A stretch of 64,000 nt of DNA from Chloroflexota bacterium (GCA_040905185.1 JBBDRZ010000007.1:63817-127816); one strand, 5' to 3'. Counted from the stretch's first letter, positions 1-10,951 are shown. Notes: a model not told the origin generated them from the letters alone. Translations and numbers: made by a program.

Positions 1-2
1 TG

Positions 3-1196
<1,194 letters not shown>

Positions 1197-1222
1197 ACGG
1201 GCCGGCGCCCGAATTTGGGGGG

Positions 1223-1251
1223 GTGACAGGCTGAGCGGCATTGGGTACGAT
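1223..1251 (+). promoter_or_regulatory. Putative sigma70-type promoter for the Cys-rich ORF-prfB-ftsEX unit
   Basis: GTGACA (1223-1228), 17-nt spacer, TACGAT (1246-1251). Confidence 0.5.
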
Positions 1252-1310
1252 GGGAGCCTCTACGGTTCGTCGGTCCTCGGAGCGGCGCGCCTACGTGGGC
1301 GGAGGAGCGT

Positions 1311-1637
1311 GTGAAGCAACTGGCGGGCGAGGCTCCCATTCAGATCTCTGATCTCCCCGCTTCGGCTCCCCCTCCGTCGGCTCCCCCTCCGTCGGCTCCC
1401 CCCCTCCCCCTCGTCACCCGATTCCGGGACCCATCGGTCCCGTACGAGGACCTCATCCAGTGCGAGCGTGACTGCATGCGCTGCAGTTACGCGGCCACGC
1501 TCGGCTGTGACGGCAACTGTGGGGCCTGCCCGCGTCAGTCCTACTGCCCCTGCGTCAACCCGGCCAAGCTCCGATCCCGATCGGGCCGCCTGGCGGACGT
1601 CGAGCTGACCATGGTTGCGGACCTTGGACGAAATTAG
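1311..1637 (+). CDS. Small Cys-rich hypothetical protein (108 aa, 8 Cys) with a Pro-rich N-terminal linker
   Basis: GGAGGAG Shine-Dalgarno just before the GTG; CERDCMRC...CDGNCGAC...CPC; 3' end overlaps the prfB start by 14 nt. Confidence 0.7.
   Translation: MKQLAGEAPIQISDLPASAPPPSAPPPSAPPLPLVTRFRDPSVPYEDLIQCERDCMRCSYAATLGCDGNCGACPRQSYCPCVNPAKLRSRSGRLADVELTMVADLGRN
1362..1403 (+). repeat. 15-bp tandem repeat TCGGCTCCCCCTCCG, about 2.8 copies (encodes SAPPP repeats)
   Basis: Directly visible at 1362-1376, 1377-1391 and 1392-1403 (partial). Confidence 0.9.
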
Positions 1638-2746
1638 GAGCGAGGCCCAGCGCCTGGCGCGCCTCGTGGCCGACACGGCGGTGCGGCTTTGACTTGGCTG
1701 CGCGGCAATCCGAGCTCGAGGATCTGACCGCTCGATCGGCGGACCCCAACCTGTGGGATGACCCGGCGAAGGCCCAGTCGGTGCTGCGTCGGGCCGACGA
1801 GCTCCGCGACGAGATCGACTTCTGGAACGACCTGAGCCGGCGCGCGACCGGGCTGGCAGAGCTGGCCGAGCTTGCCGCGGCCGACCCGGAGACCGACGGC
1901 GCGCTGCAGGCCGACCTGGAAAAGGACCTCGAGGCGCTGCGGTCGAGCTGGACGGCCGCCGAGCAGCGGCTCCTGCTGAGCGGCGCCTACGACGAGCGAC
2001 CGGCCATCGTCTCGATCTATGCCGGGGCGGGCGGCACCGAGAGCCAGGACTGGGCCGAGATGCTGCTTCGGATGTACCTGCGCTGGGCCGAGCGCCAGCG
2101 CTATCGGACCGAGATTCTGGACCAGAGCGAAGGCGAGGAGGCCGGTCTGAAGAGCGTGACGGCCAGCATTGGCGGGCGATGGGCGTACGGCCGGCTGCGG
2201 AGCGAGCGGGGCGTCCACCGCCTGGTCCGGATCAGCCCCTTCGACTCGCAGAACCGCCGCCACACGTCGTTCGCGCTGGTGGAGGTCATGCCCGAGGTTC
2301 CCCCCGATGCCGAGGTCGAGATCCGCGACGAGGACCTGCGGGTCGACACCTATCGGTCCAGCGGGGCGGGTGGCCAACACGTCAACAAGACCGATTCGGC
2401 GGTACGCATCACGCACATTCCGACCGGCATCGTGGTCACCTGTCAGAACGAGCGGAGCCAGATGCAGAACCGCGAGCGAGCGATGGCCGTGTTGCGCGCC
2501 AAGCTCGTCGAGCGAGCCGAGGAGGAGCGCGAGGCGGAGATGGCCCGTCTCCGCGGCCAGCACATCGAGCCCGGATGGGGGAACCAGATCCGCAGCTACG
2601 TGCTCCAGCCCTACACCATGGTCAAGGATCTGCGGACCGGGGTCGAGACCTCGAACCCGACCGCCGTCCTGGATGGGGACCTCGATCCGTTCATCGACGG
2701 CTATCTGCGATCGCAGATCGGCGCCAACGGGGACGGCGCGGCATGA
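1624..2746 (+). CDS. prfB: Peptide chain release factor 2, translated via a programmed +1 frameshift
   Basis: TTG at 1624 gives MDEIRSEAQRLARLVADTAVRL, then CTT-TGA-C (1687-1693); the +1 frame continues DLAARQSELE... with SPF and GGQ motifs. Confidence 0.97.
1676..1693 (+). promoter_or_regulatory. RF2 autoregulatory +1 frameshift site
   Basis: CTTTGAC slippery site preceded by a weak SD-like GGCGGTG. Confidence 0.92.
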
Positions 2747-3492
2747 CCGAGGCGCGACCGGTGACCGATGCGCGACCGGCGGCCGCCCGGCTGATCGGCG
2801 ACGAGCCGCTCATCCGGCTGGTGGACGTCACCGTCGCCTACCCCAACGGCAAGGAGGCGCTGATCAACGTCGACCTCGAAATCCGGCGCGGCGACTTCAT
2901 CTTCCTGGTTGGACCATCCGGGGCCGGCAAGTCGACCCTGATTCGGCTCCTCATCCGCGAGCAGGTGGCTACCACTGGGCGCGTCTACCTGGCCGGCCGC
3001 GACCTGGCCCGGGTCAGCCGGAGCCAGGTACACCGACTGCGGCGTCGGATCGGCGTCGTATTCCAGGATTTCCGGTTGCTGCCCAACAAGACGGTGCGTG
3101 AGAACGTGGCGTTCGCCCTGGAGGTCACGGGGGCCCCGCTGGCCGAGATCCGGCGCCGCGTGCCGCGCCTGCTGGCCCTGGTCGGGCTCGAGGACCAGGC
3201 TCAGCAGCTGCCCGCCCAGCTCTCCGGCGGCGAGCAGCAGCGGGCGGCCATCGCCCGCGCCCTCGTCCACGACCCGGCCATCCTCATCGCGGATGAGCCG
3301 ACCGGCAACCTCGATCCGGTGACCGGCTGGGAGATCGTGCAGCTCCTGCTGGAGATCAATGCGCTGGGCACCACCCTGGTGGTGGCCACTCACAACCAGG
3401 AGATCGTGACCGCGCTCCGACGCCGGGTTGTCGCGCTCGAGCAGGGCCGGATGGTCCGCGATGAGCTGGGCGCAGCCTACCGTCGCGGGTAG
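2743..3492 (+). CDS. ftsE: Cell division ATP-binding protein FtsE
   Basis: GPSGAGKST Walker [27 protein letters not shown]; ATGA overlap with prfB; followed by ftsX. Confidence 0.95.
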   Translation: MTEARPVTDARPAAARLIGDEPLIRLVDVTVAYPNGKEALINVDLEIRRGDFIFLVGPSGAGKSTLIRLLIREQVATTGRVYLAGRDLARVSRSQVHRLRRRIGVVFQDFRLLPNKTVRENVAFALEVTGAPLAEIRRRVPRLLALVGLEDQAQQLPAQLSGGEQQRAAIARALVHDPAILIADEPTGNLDPVTGWEIVQLLLEINALGTTLVVATHNQEIVTALRRRVVALEQGRMVRDELGAAYRRG

Positions 3493-3504
3493 GATGCCCC
3501 GGTA

Positions 3505-4398
3505 ATGGGATTCCTGAGGTTCCTCGGCTTCACCCTGGTCCGGGCCGGGCAGGGCTTCTGGCGCAACAAGATGATGAGCCTGGCCGCGACGGCAACCGTG
3601 ATCCTCATGCTCGTCCTGCTGTCCGGGCTGGTCATCGTGCTGGGCGGCCTCAACTCGGGGCTGGCCTACATCGAGAGCAAGGTGGGGGTCACGGCGCGCC
3701 TGGTGGACGGGCTGGCGCCGGAGGCGGTTGATCAGCTCGTCGCCGATGTGGGTGCGCTGCCGGGGGTGGCGTCGGTGGAGTACGTCTCCCCCGAGGAGGC
3801 CATGCGGCGGCTGGAGCAGGCCTACGCCGACCGCGGGCAAACCCTCGAAACGGGAGGATCCGAGATCAGCCTGTATGCCAGCATCGAGGTCGACCTCACC
3901 GACCCGGCCGCCGCGACAGCAGTCTCCGCCGCGCTCGGCGAGCGACCCGAGATCGAGCGGATCACAACTATCCAGGAGCAGTACGACAAGCTGCTCGGCG
4001 TGACGAACGTGGTCCGCCTGGCCGGCCTGTCGGCCATGATCCTGGTCGGCCTGACCGTGGTTTTCATGATCGTCAACACGATCCGGATCGCGGTGTTCTC
4101 GCGCAGTCGCGAGATCGAGATCATGCGCTTGGTGGGCGCCAGCGACGCCTTCATCCGATGGCCGTTCATCATGGAGGGCATGCTCTGCGGCCTGCTCGGC
4201 GCCATGGCCACCGTCCTCCTGGTGGCCGTGGTGTGGGGGCCCATCCAGCCCCTGCTGATCGAGATCTTCCAGATGCCGACCGCTGTCGGCGCCCAGTTCT
4301 TCACGTTCGTAGCGGTCCTCATCCTGTCGGTCGGCCTGGTGGTGGGGATGCTGGGCAGCTGGATCAGCGTGCGGGCCCACCTGGCAGCCGGGGTCTGA
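3505..4398 (+). CDS. ftsX: Cell division permease FtsX
   Basis: NTIRIAVFSRSREIEIMRLVGASDAFIRWPFIMEG signature; four TM segments. Confidence 0.95.
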   Translation: MGFLRFLGFTLVRAGQGFWRNKMMSLAATATVILMLVLLSGLVIVLGGLNSGLAYIESKVGVTARLVDGLAPEAVDQLVADVGALPGVASVEYVSPEEAMRRLEQAYADRGQTLETGGSEISLYASIEVDLTDPAAATAVSAALGERPEIERITTIQEQYDKLLGVTNVVRLAGLSAMILVGLTVVFMIVNTIRIAVFSRSREIEIMRLVGASDAFIRWPFIMEGMLCGLLGAMATVLLVAVVWGPIQPLLIEIFQMPTAVGAQFFTFVAVLILSVGLVVGMLGSWISVRAHLAAGV

Positions 4399-4479
4399 CC
4401 GGGCCCGAGCGTTGCGGGAACGGCACCCGGGCGTAACCGGGCCTTGATCTGACCGGTGCTACACTCCCGCCCCCCAAAT

Positions 4480-5892
4480 ATGGACGACGCGACGCCTTCC
4501 GACCGGCCCGAATCCGGAGCCGATCCCACCCTCCAACCCGTTCCGACCCAGGCACCGGTCCGCCCTGGAGCCGGACGCTCCCTGCGCTATGCCGCGCTCT
4601 TCGGGCTGGCCGCGCTGCTCGGGACGTCGCTGTTCATGGGCGGCTACCTGGCGGCTGGCGGCTCGGGGTCATGTTCCGCTCCGAGCGAGGCGTTCGCCGC
4701 GTTCTGCGAGGCTTACGGCAAGCTCCACGCCCAGTACGTTGACCAGCTGGACGACAACAGGCTGGTGGAGGGCGCCCTCGAAGGGCTGTTCCAGTACGGC
4801 GTGGCGGATCCGTACAGCAGCTACATGAACCCGGAGGAGTACCGGAACTCGCTGGGAGACCTGTCGGGGACCTTCTCCGGCATCGGTGCTGAGCTGGCGG
4901 TCGAGAACACCGAGAACCCCGACGACCTGGAGGCCTGCGCCGTCCTGTCGGACACCTGCCTGTTGGTGGTGGTGGCACCCATCGACGGATCCCCGGCCCA
5001 GGCCGCCGGCCTGCAGTCCGGCGACGCGGTCCTGGCCGTCGACGGCGCGAGTGTGAACGGCAGCACGATCCAGGACCAGGTGACGAAGGTGCGCGGCCCG
5101 GAGGGGACGGAGGTCACGATCACCATCCAGCGGGGCGATGAGGTGTTCGACCTCACCATCACCCGGGCCGAGATCGTGGTGGTCGAGGTCGAGAGCGAGT
5201 TGCTCGCCAACCAGGTCGGGTACATCGCGCTCCACGGCTTCAGCGTCAACGCCGCCGACCAGTTCAGCGAATCGCTCGGCGACCTGCTGGGCGACGGGGC
5301 CGGCCAGATCGTGTTCGACCTGCGGGACAACCCGGGTGGCTACATCACCGCCGCCCAGCAAGTGGCCTCAGAATTCGTGGCCGGTGGCCTCCTGTTCAGC
5401 CAGGAGTCGGCTGGAGACCAGGTCATTGACTGGGATGCGACCGACGGCGGCCAGGCGACCGACCCCGCCATCGAGGTCGTCGTCCTCATCAACGGCGGAT
5501 CTGCCTCAGCTTCGGAGATCGTCGCCGCCGCCCTGGAGGAGACCAATCGGGCCACCCTCATCGGCGAGCCGACATTCGGCAAGAACACGGTCCAGATCTG
5601 GGATGAGCTGGCCAATGGCGGCGGGGTTCGGATCACCATCTCGCGCTGGTTCACGCCGAACCACAACAGCGTGGCCCCGGATGGCGTTCAGCCGGACATC
5701 GTGGTCAGCGTGCCGGAGGGAACGCCCGCGGACGAGGACCCGGTCCTAGATCGCGCCCTCGCCTACCTGGCGACGGTGGACCAGGAGGCAGCCTGGCGAC
5801 GGGCCGACGCCGCGCGTCCCGCGCAGACGGCGCTGCGTGTCGTGGGCTGGGCGCCGGAAACCGGGTTGTGGGCCGCCTGGCGCGCGTGCTAG
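4480..5892 (+). CDS. ctpA: S41A carboxyl-terminal processing protease (CtpA/CtpB-like) with PDZ domain
   Basis: N-terminal TM, FSGIG, PDZ domain, DLRDNPGG, catalytic SASASEI and TFGKNTVQ. Start taken as ATG 4480. Confidence 0.9.
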   Translation: MDDATPSDRPESGADPTLQPVPTQAPVRPGAGRSLRYAALFGLAALLGTSLFMGGYLAAGGSGSCSAPSEAFAAFCEAYGKLHAQYVDQLDDNRLVEGALEGLFQYGVADPYSSYMNPEEYRNSLGDLSGTFSGIGAELAVENTENPDDLEACAVLSDTCLLVVVAPIDGSPAQAAGLQSGDAVLAVDGASVNGSTIQDQVTKVRGPEGTEVTITIQRGDEVFDLTITRAEIVVVEVESELLANQVGYIALHGFSVNAADQFSESLGDLLGDGAGQIVFDLRDNPGGYITAAQQVASEFVAGGLLFSQESAGDQVIDWDATDGGQATDPAIEVVVLINGGSASASEIVAAALEETNRATLIGEPTFGKNTVQIWDELANGGGVRITISRWFTPNHNSVAPDGVQPDIVVSVPEGTPADEDPVLDRALAYLATVDQEAAWRRADAARPAQTALRVVGWAPETGLWAAWRAC

Positions 5893-5895
5893 CAT
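5866..5895 (+). promoter_or_regulatory. Putative promoter overlapping the ctpA stop
   Basis: TTGTGG (5866-5871), 18-nt spacer, extended -10 TGcTAGCAT (5887-5895). Confidence 0.45.
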
Positions 5896-5923
5896 CCGCG
5901 GCCACGAAAGGAGGTGGTGTGCA

Positions 5924-5965
5924 ATGGACAGTTCCAGGCGCGCCACCACCGAGGCGGTGCACTGA
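5924..5965 (+). CDS. Putative 13-aa small ORF MDSSRRATTEAVH (or a structured sRNA)
   Basis: Near-perfect SD AAAGGAGGTG upstream; bracketed by a promoter-like element and a terminator hairpin. Confidence 0.4.
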   Translation: MDSSRRATTEAVH

Positions 5966-5988
5966 CACAGCCATCGCGTGGTAGCGAC

Positions 5989-6023
5989 GGAGGAGCCGGC
6001 CGGCGAGGCCGGCTCCTCCATTT
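5989..6023 (+). terminator. Intrinsic terminator-like hairpin
   Basis: Perfect 13-bp stem GGAGGAGCCGGCC / GGCCGGCTCCTCC with a 5-nt loop, followed by ATTT. Confidence 0.7.
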
Positions 6024-6061
6024 CCTGCCTCCCATGGGGGGCCTGATAGGGTTCACGACCG

Positions 6062-6520
6062 ATGCCTGAGCAGACCGTCGCCCAAAACCGTCGCGCCCGC
6101 CACGAATACAACGTCGAGGAGACGCTGGAGGCTGGGCTGGTCCTGACCGGCACCGAGATCAAGAGTATTCGGGCCGGCCGCGCCAATCTGGCGGAGGCGT
6201 ACGCCCGTATCGAGCGCGGCGAGGCATGGTTGATTGGCGCCCATATCGCGCCCTATGCGCAGGCCAGTCGGTTCAACCACGAGCCAACGCGGACCCGCAA
6301 GCTCCTCCTGCATCGGGATCAGATCGCCGAGCTGGTGGGCAAGACCCAGACCCGTGGCTACACCCTGGTCCCGCTCCGCCTCTACCTGCGCGATGGGCTG
6401 GCCAAGGTCGAGCTGGGCCTGGCGCGGGGTCGCAAGGCGCATGACAAGCGGCGGGTGATCGCGGAACGCGACGCGCGCCGCGAGCTCGAGCGGGAGACCA
6501 AGTTCCGGGTCCGCCTCTGA
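6062..6520 (+). CDS. smpB: SsrA-binding protein SmpB
   Basis: [39 protein letters not shown]; adjacent to tmRNA. Confidence 0.99.
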   Translation: MPEQTVAQNRRARHEYNVEETLEAGLVLTGTEIKSIRAGRANLAEAYARIERGEAWLIGAHIAPYAQASRFNHEPTRTRKLLLHRDQIAELVGKTQTRGYTLVPLRLYLRDGLAKVELGLARGRKAHDKRRVIAERDARRELERETKFRVRL

Positions 6521-6578
6521 GGTCCGTCTCTGACCACGTGGTATCCTCGAAGAGCCGGACACCAGGCCGGCGGTTCGT

Positions 6579-6936
6579 GGGGATGTCAGGTTTCGACAGG
6601 GCCCAGGAACCGGGAATCGCGAGCCGAGGTCGCCCGCAGGCCTCGTAAAACCGCGGGCAAACCGTAACTGGCAACCGTCAGTTCGCTCTCGCTGCTTAGG
6701 CAGTGAGCATCGACGCCGTCCCCTCTCCCCGGGCGGCGAAGGTGTCATCAGGGGAGATGCGGCGTCGCCGACTCCGGTGAGTGGCGTCAAAGAGCCGAGA
6801 GGTGACCGGATAGGGCGCGGAGCACCCCGCCGGTTGGGGGCCCGAGGCCCGAAACCCAAATAGGCCGGACACGCTCGTAGTGAGACCCGGCGACTCGGTC
6901 TTGGACGGGGAGTTCGATTCTCCCCCATCTCCACCA
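6579..6936 (+). ncRNA. ssrA: tmRNA; tag peptide (A)GNRQFALAA at 6670-6699
   Basis: 5' GGGGATG pairs with 3' CATCTCC-ACCA, including the G3-U alanine identity pair; TTCGA T-loop; TAACT precedes the resume codon; tag ends in LAA-stop. Confidence 0.97.
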
Positions 6937-6947
6937 GCACTCATCAG

Positions 6948-6988
6948 ACGGCGGCCACACGGCCGCCGTTTTCGTGCTCTCTTTTTTC
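6948..6988 (+). terminator. Intrinsic terminator after ssrA
   Basis: ACGGCGGCC-ACAC-GGCCGCCGT hairpin followed by T-rich runs. Confidence 0.8.
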
Positions 6989-7085
6989 CTTGATTGACCG
7001 ATGCGGGCGCGGTACGGTTCCGGCAGCCAGGAGGTCCGGACGGGAGCCTCCGCTGACGGCTCCAGCTTGGAGGAGAGGCGCAACC

Positions 7086-7487
7086 ATGAACTTCTCGGCA
7101 TTGAACGCGAATGACCGGCTGGCGGCCGTCGCGGCCGTGGTCGTGATCATCACCGGCTTGATCAGCATCGCGCAGGCCTGGGGCCCGCTGGTGTTCCTCT
7201 CGCTAGCCGCGGGGGTCGGCGTCCTGTTCGTCGTCCTGCAGCCGCAGATCGCCCCGGCCGTGAAGCTGCCCATGACCAAGGGCTTGCTTCTCCTTGGTCT
7301 TGGGGCTATCGCCACCCTAGTCCTGCTCGTGGTCGCCCTGAGCTGGATCGACTACATCCTCACGCCCCCGATCTTCGTCTTCGACACGATCCAGTTCTTC
7401 ATCGGCGTCGTGGCTGCCATCGTCATGCTCTTTGCGGGCTGGCGTGCGTACCAGGCCGAGAAGGGGACCACGCCGATCGCCGGCTAG
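7086..7487 (+). CDS. Hypothetical 4-TM membrane protein
   Basis: GGAGAGG SD before ATG 7086; four hydrophobic segments. Confidence 0.8.
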   Translation: MNFSALNANDRLAAVAAVVVIITGLISIAQAWGPLVFLSLAAGVGVLFVVLQPQIAPAVKLPMTKGLLLLGLGAIATLVLLVVALSWIDYILTPPIFVFDTIQFFIGVVAAIVMLFAGWRAYQAEKGTTPIAG

Positions 7488-7518
7488 GGCCGGGGCGGGC
7501 TACGCCCCAGGGGGACAT

Positions 7519-7932
7519 TCAGCGCGCGATGACGCGCGTGTATCGGTCGCGCAGGATTCTGGTCGCGTCCGCTCTGGTCGGCAGCAGTCGCTGGAGTCGG
7601 ATCGCCACGACCTCCCCCGAGAGACCGTCGTCGATCGCGTCGAGTGCCTCGCGCGTGTCGCCACTGAGGCTGCCCACGAGGTGGGCGAGGTCGGCCTGGG
7701 TGGCTTCCAGCTCCGCGGGCGGATCGGCCAGCGACTCCAGGAAGAAGGCGATGGCGGCCGCGACCAGCCCGGCCCGTCGTTCAAACGGGTCAGCCGTCGG
7801 GTCCCGCAGCGCCAGCCCGTCCGCAAGACCGAAGACCAGCCGGTAACCGTCAGCCGCCGGCTCGATGCCGACCCAGGTCCCATCCGGGGCGAGCCGTCCG
7901 ATGGCCCGGACCGATTCCTCGGCCCGCGGCAT
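7519..7932 (-). CDS. Hypothetical protein downstream of jag
   Basis: 137-aa ORF with typical codon usage, starting 7 nt after the jag stop. Confidence 0.7.
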   Translation of the reverse strand: MPRAEESVRAIGRLAPDGTWVGIEPAADGYRLVFGLADGLALRDPTADPFERRAGLVAAAIAFFLESLADPPAELEATQADLAHLVGSLSGDTREALDAIDDGLSGEVVAIRLQRLLPTRADATRILRDRYTRVIAR

Positions 7933-7939
7933 CCGCCCG

Positions 7940-8941
7940 CTACTCGACTTTCGTGGCGGGGAGGATCACAACCCGGCGGTTGGGCTCGACCCCGACGCTC
8001 TGGGTGCGGACCGTGGCGTGCTCCGCCAGCGCCAGGTGGACGATGCGGCGCTCCATGGCGGGCATGGCCTCGAGCTGGATGATCTTCCCGCTCTGCGCCA
8101 CGCGCTGGGCGGCCCGGTCCGCCACGTCGCGCAGCTGGTCTTCACGCCGGCCGCGGTAGTTCTCGACGTCGACCATGATCCGGTTCAGCTGGCCCTCGCG
8201 GCGAGCGACGATCAGGTTGACGATGTGCTGGAGGCTGGCCAGCTTCTCCCCACGACGGCCGATCAGCACGCCGAGGTCAGTCCCCACCACGTTCAGCTTG
8301 GCCGCCTCGGTGCCCATCAGGACCTCGACCGATCCCTGCAGCTCCATGAGCCGCAACAGCTCCTCCAGGACGGCCTTCGCCTCCTCCAGGGTGAGCCGCT
8401 CGGACTCGGACAGCTCTTCCATCGGCTTGGCAGGCACGAAGGGTCGGGGCTCGGGCCGGGCATCGCCGTCACGCGGCTGGGCAGCCGGCCGCTCGCCCCG
8501 GTCGCGGGGAGCGCGCGGCTCTCTGCGCGGGGCGGCATCGCGGCCTCGGCCGCGGCCCCGGGGACGTGGCGCGGGGGCTTCGGCAGCATCGGCGATCGCA
8601 TCAGCCATCGCGCCGGCCATCTCATCGCCACCGCCCTCGGAGATCGCGAACCCCTGCTCGTCAGCAGGTTCGGAGGCGGATTCGGCGACCTCGACCCCCT
8701 CACCCATACCGGCCTCCTCCGCCCGGGCCGGCGGCTCCTCCGCGCGCAAGCTGGTCGCCTCGGCCACCGCGGACTTGGGGGCGGCCAGGATGCGCGCCTC
8801 GTCGCCGCCCACGCCCAGGATGCCGCGACTGCCCTGGGACAGGATCTCGATGTCGAGATCGGCCAGGTCCGAGGCGAACTCGCGCATGGCGGCTCGGATC
8901 GCCTCCTCCACGTTCTTTCCGGTGAATTCCTTGAATGTCAT
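7940..8941 (-). CDS. jag: RNA-binding protein Jag/KhpB/EloR (Jag_N, KH, R3H)
   Basis: GKNVEEAI N-terminus, GVLIGRRGEKL KH motif, ERRIVH R3H motif; follows yidC. Confidence 0.95.
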   Translation of the reverse strand: MTFKEFTGKNVEEAIRAAMREFASDLADLDIEILSQGSRGILGVGGDEARILAAPKSAVAEATSLRAEEPPARAEEAGMGEGVEVAESASEPADEQGFAISEGGGDEMAGAMADAIADAAEAPAPRPRGRGRGRDAAPRREPRAPRDRGERPAAQPRDGDARPEPRPFVPAKPMEELSESERLTLEEAKAVLEELLRLMELQGSVEVLMGTEAAKLNVVGTDLGVLIGRRGEKLASLQHIVNLIVARREGQLNRIMVDVENYRGRREDQLRDVADRAAQRVAQSGKIIQLEAMPAMERRIVHLALAEHATVRTQSVGVEPNRRVVILPATKVE

Positions 8942-10059
8942 CGTCTTCGGCCCTCCCGGCCTCGTCGCTTCCGACTCGAGCGGCGCTGCCCGCCAGCCCT
9001 GGCTGGCACGGGAGCTTCGCGCCCATCGGTCGGTGGTGGTGTGGGGCTCTTGGCGGGTCGGGTCATGCCGATGTCACCGGCCTCGGGGCTCGGTGCCCAG
9101 CGCGGCTGCCAGCCGAAGAGCGGGAAGAGGTTGCCCCAGCCCATGATCAGGAACTGCTGGATGATCAGGTAGGCGGTGTACACGCCCCAGTACAGGACCA
9201 GGCCGCTGGGGAAGATGCCGCCCCAGACCACGGTCATGATCGGGAACAGGTAGGTCATGGTCTGGGTGGTGGCCGCGGTCGGGTCGTCGCTGCCGGCCCG
9301 AGCCGAGGTCATGCGGACCTGGATGAATTGCAGGATGCCCGCGATGATGGCGATGCCGGAAATGGCGAAGCCGCCGAACAGGAAGACCGAGAAGGCGTGG
9401 TCAATCGTGCCCAGATTCAGCGACACCCCGGTGAAGGGGTTGGTGAGCCACTCGATGACCGTGTCCACCGGCGCATCGAGCTTCAACGGGGTGATGAGCT
9501 GGCAGTTCAGAGGCAGGAACGAGTGGAAGTCGGATGGAATCCCGCACGACCCGTCGAATGGGATGTGGTATTGGTCGTTGCCAAGGGACTCGATCGCCGG
9601 GTTGGCGGCCAGGAAGGCGTCGAAGCTGGCCCGCTGCTCCTCGGATGGGGCATACGTGATGGCGCTCGACGCCCGCGTCAACGCCTGGTACAGCGCGAAC
9701 AGGATCGGGAGCTGGAGGAGGAGCGGCAGGCAGCCCCCGAACATGTTCACGCCGTGCTCGCGGTACAGGGCCGCGGTCTCCTCGCTGATCTTCTTTTGGT
9801 TGCCCTTGTGCTTGCGCTGGACCTCGCGGACCAGCGGCTGCATCCGCTGCATCTCCTTCTGGGAGCGGATCTGGCGCACGAACAGCGGCGCCAGCACGGT
9901 CCGGATGAGGATGGTCAAGCCGATGATGGACAGGGCCAGGTCGCTGAAGAGGACGCGGTACAGCCCGACCAGGGCGTTGAAGAGGGGGAGGAAGATGACG
10001 TCCCAGGGCGGGGTGAAGGTCTCGATCCCGAAGAATCCGGCGGCCAGAATCGGTTCCAC
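8938..10059 (-). CDS. yidC: Membrane protein insertase YidC
   Basis: IIGLTILIR, GGCLPLLLQLPILFALY, PSGLVLYW; synteny rnpA-yidD-yidC-jag. Confidence 0.96.
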   Translation of the reverse strand: MEPILAAGFFGIETFTPPWDVIFLPLFNALVGLYRVLFSDLALSIIGLTILIRTVLAPLFVRQIRSQKEMQRMQPLVREVQRKHKGNQKKISEETAALYREHGVNMFGGCLPLLLQLPILFALYQALTRASSAITYAPSEEQRASFDAFLAANPAIESLGNDQYHIPFDGSCGIPSDFHSFLPLNCQLITPLKLDAPVDTVIEWLTNPFTGVSLNLGTIDHAFSVFLFGGFAISGIAIIAGILQFIQVRMTSARAGSDDPTAATTQTMTYLFPIMTVVWGGIFPSGLVLYWGVYTAYLIIQQFLIMGWGNLFPLFGWQPRWAPSPEAGDIGMTRPAKSPTPPPTDGREAPVPARAGGQRRSSRKRRGREGRRR

Positions 10060-10069
10060 GCGGCGTTCC

Positions 10070-10276
10070 CTAGCGGACCGGGTCGTAGCCGCCGGGATGG
10101 AACGGATGACAGCGCGCGACGCGCTGGACGCCCATCCACGACCCGCGGAAGAACCCGTAGCGCTCGATGGCCTGGTAGGTGTAGGCCGAGCAGGTCGGCG
10201 TATACCGGCAGGTCGGCGGCATCCAGAACGTGAGCCGCTGGTAAGCCCGGATGAGGCCCAACCCGATCAGCCGCAC
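10070..10276 (-). CDS. yidD: Membrane protein insertion efficiency factor YidD
   Basis: [10 protein letters not shown]...[13 protein letters not shown]. Confidence 0.96.
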   Translation of the reverse strand: MRLIGLGLIRAYQRLTFWMPPTCRYTPTCSAYTYQAIERYGFFRGSWMGVQRVARCHPFHPGGYDPVR

Positions 10277-10280
10277 GCGG

Positions 10281-10619
10281 TCATGCTCCGGTCACCCCGG
10301 CGCGCGCGAGCAGCGTGTCGAGGGCAGCCCCCAACTCCGCGAACGTCGCGCGTCGAGCGTCAGGTTTCGTGATCACCAGCAGGTCCCAGCCCGCTCCCAT
10401 CTCGCCATAGCGCGCCCGGACCAGCTCACGCACGCGGCGTCGTACCCGATTCCGTTCCACCGCCCCGCCCAAGGTGGCCGGGGTTGCCAGGCCGATCCGG
10501 GTGATCGGCTCGTCGGTTCGCCGGGCCCGCAGGACCAGCAGCCGGGTGGCGCTGACGGTTCCAGATCGCGTCACCGCTTCGAAATCGGCTCGGCGACGGA
10601 GCGTCGGATAGGCCGGCAC
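10281..10619 (-). CDS. rnpA: Ribonuclease P protein component
   Basis: RNR motif [15 protein letters not shown]; synteny. Confidence 0.95.
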   Translation of the reverse strand: MPAYPTLRRRADFEAVTRSGTVSATRLLVLRARRTDEPITRIGLATPATLGGAVERNRVRRRVRELVRARYGEMGAGWDLLVITKPDARRATFAELGAALDTLLARAGVTGA

Positions 10620-10637
10620 GGCTTCGGGTCCGGGAGG

Positions 10638-10772
10638 TCAGGCGCTCAGCCGGTTGCGCCCCCTCGCCCGACGGCGGGAAAGCACGCGGCGACCGCCCTT
10701 GGAAGCCATGCGAGCCCGAAAGCCGTGATTCCGCTTCCGGGCGCGCTTCTTGGGCTGGTAGGTCCGTTTCAT
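10638..10772 (-). CDS. rpmH: 50S ribosomal protein L34 (not in the supplied ORF track)
   Basis: Manual translation: [44 protein letters not shown] (44 aa). Confidence 0.98.
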   Translation of the reverse strand: MKRTYQPKKRARKRNHGFRARMASKGGRRVLSRRRARGRNRLSA

Positions 10773-10951
10773 CGTGGCGTGCTCACCCTCTGTTCAACCA
10801 GAGCGTCGCAGGGCCGCCGAACATGGGCAAGGCTGGCGTTTCGCCAGCCTCATCGGTGCGTCGTTGACGGTCTGCGTCGCGTGGCGGCGATTCTAGCCTA
10901 CCCTCGTCGCGGGGTGTCAAACCCCGGCCGGGGCCAACTGGCTGCGAAGCA

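Noticed and set aside
1687-1693. In-frame stop in prfB read as a pseudogene or sequencing error
   Set aside because: It is the well-known CTT-TGA-C programmed frameshift, so it is neither an error nor novel.
2743-5892. ftsEX followed by an S41 protease rather than a peptidoglycan hydrolase
   Set aside because: The ftsE-ftsX-ctp order is already known from Firmicutes such as Bacillus, so it is not novel by itself.
6936-7090. Prophage or island integrated at the tmRNA 3' end
   Set aside because: No integrase follows, and I found no duplicate of the ssrA 3' end in the window.
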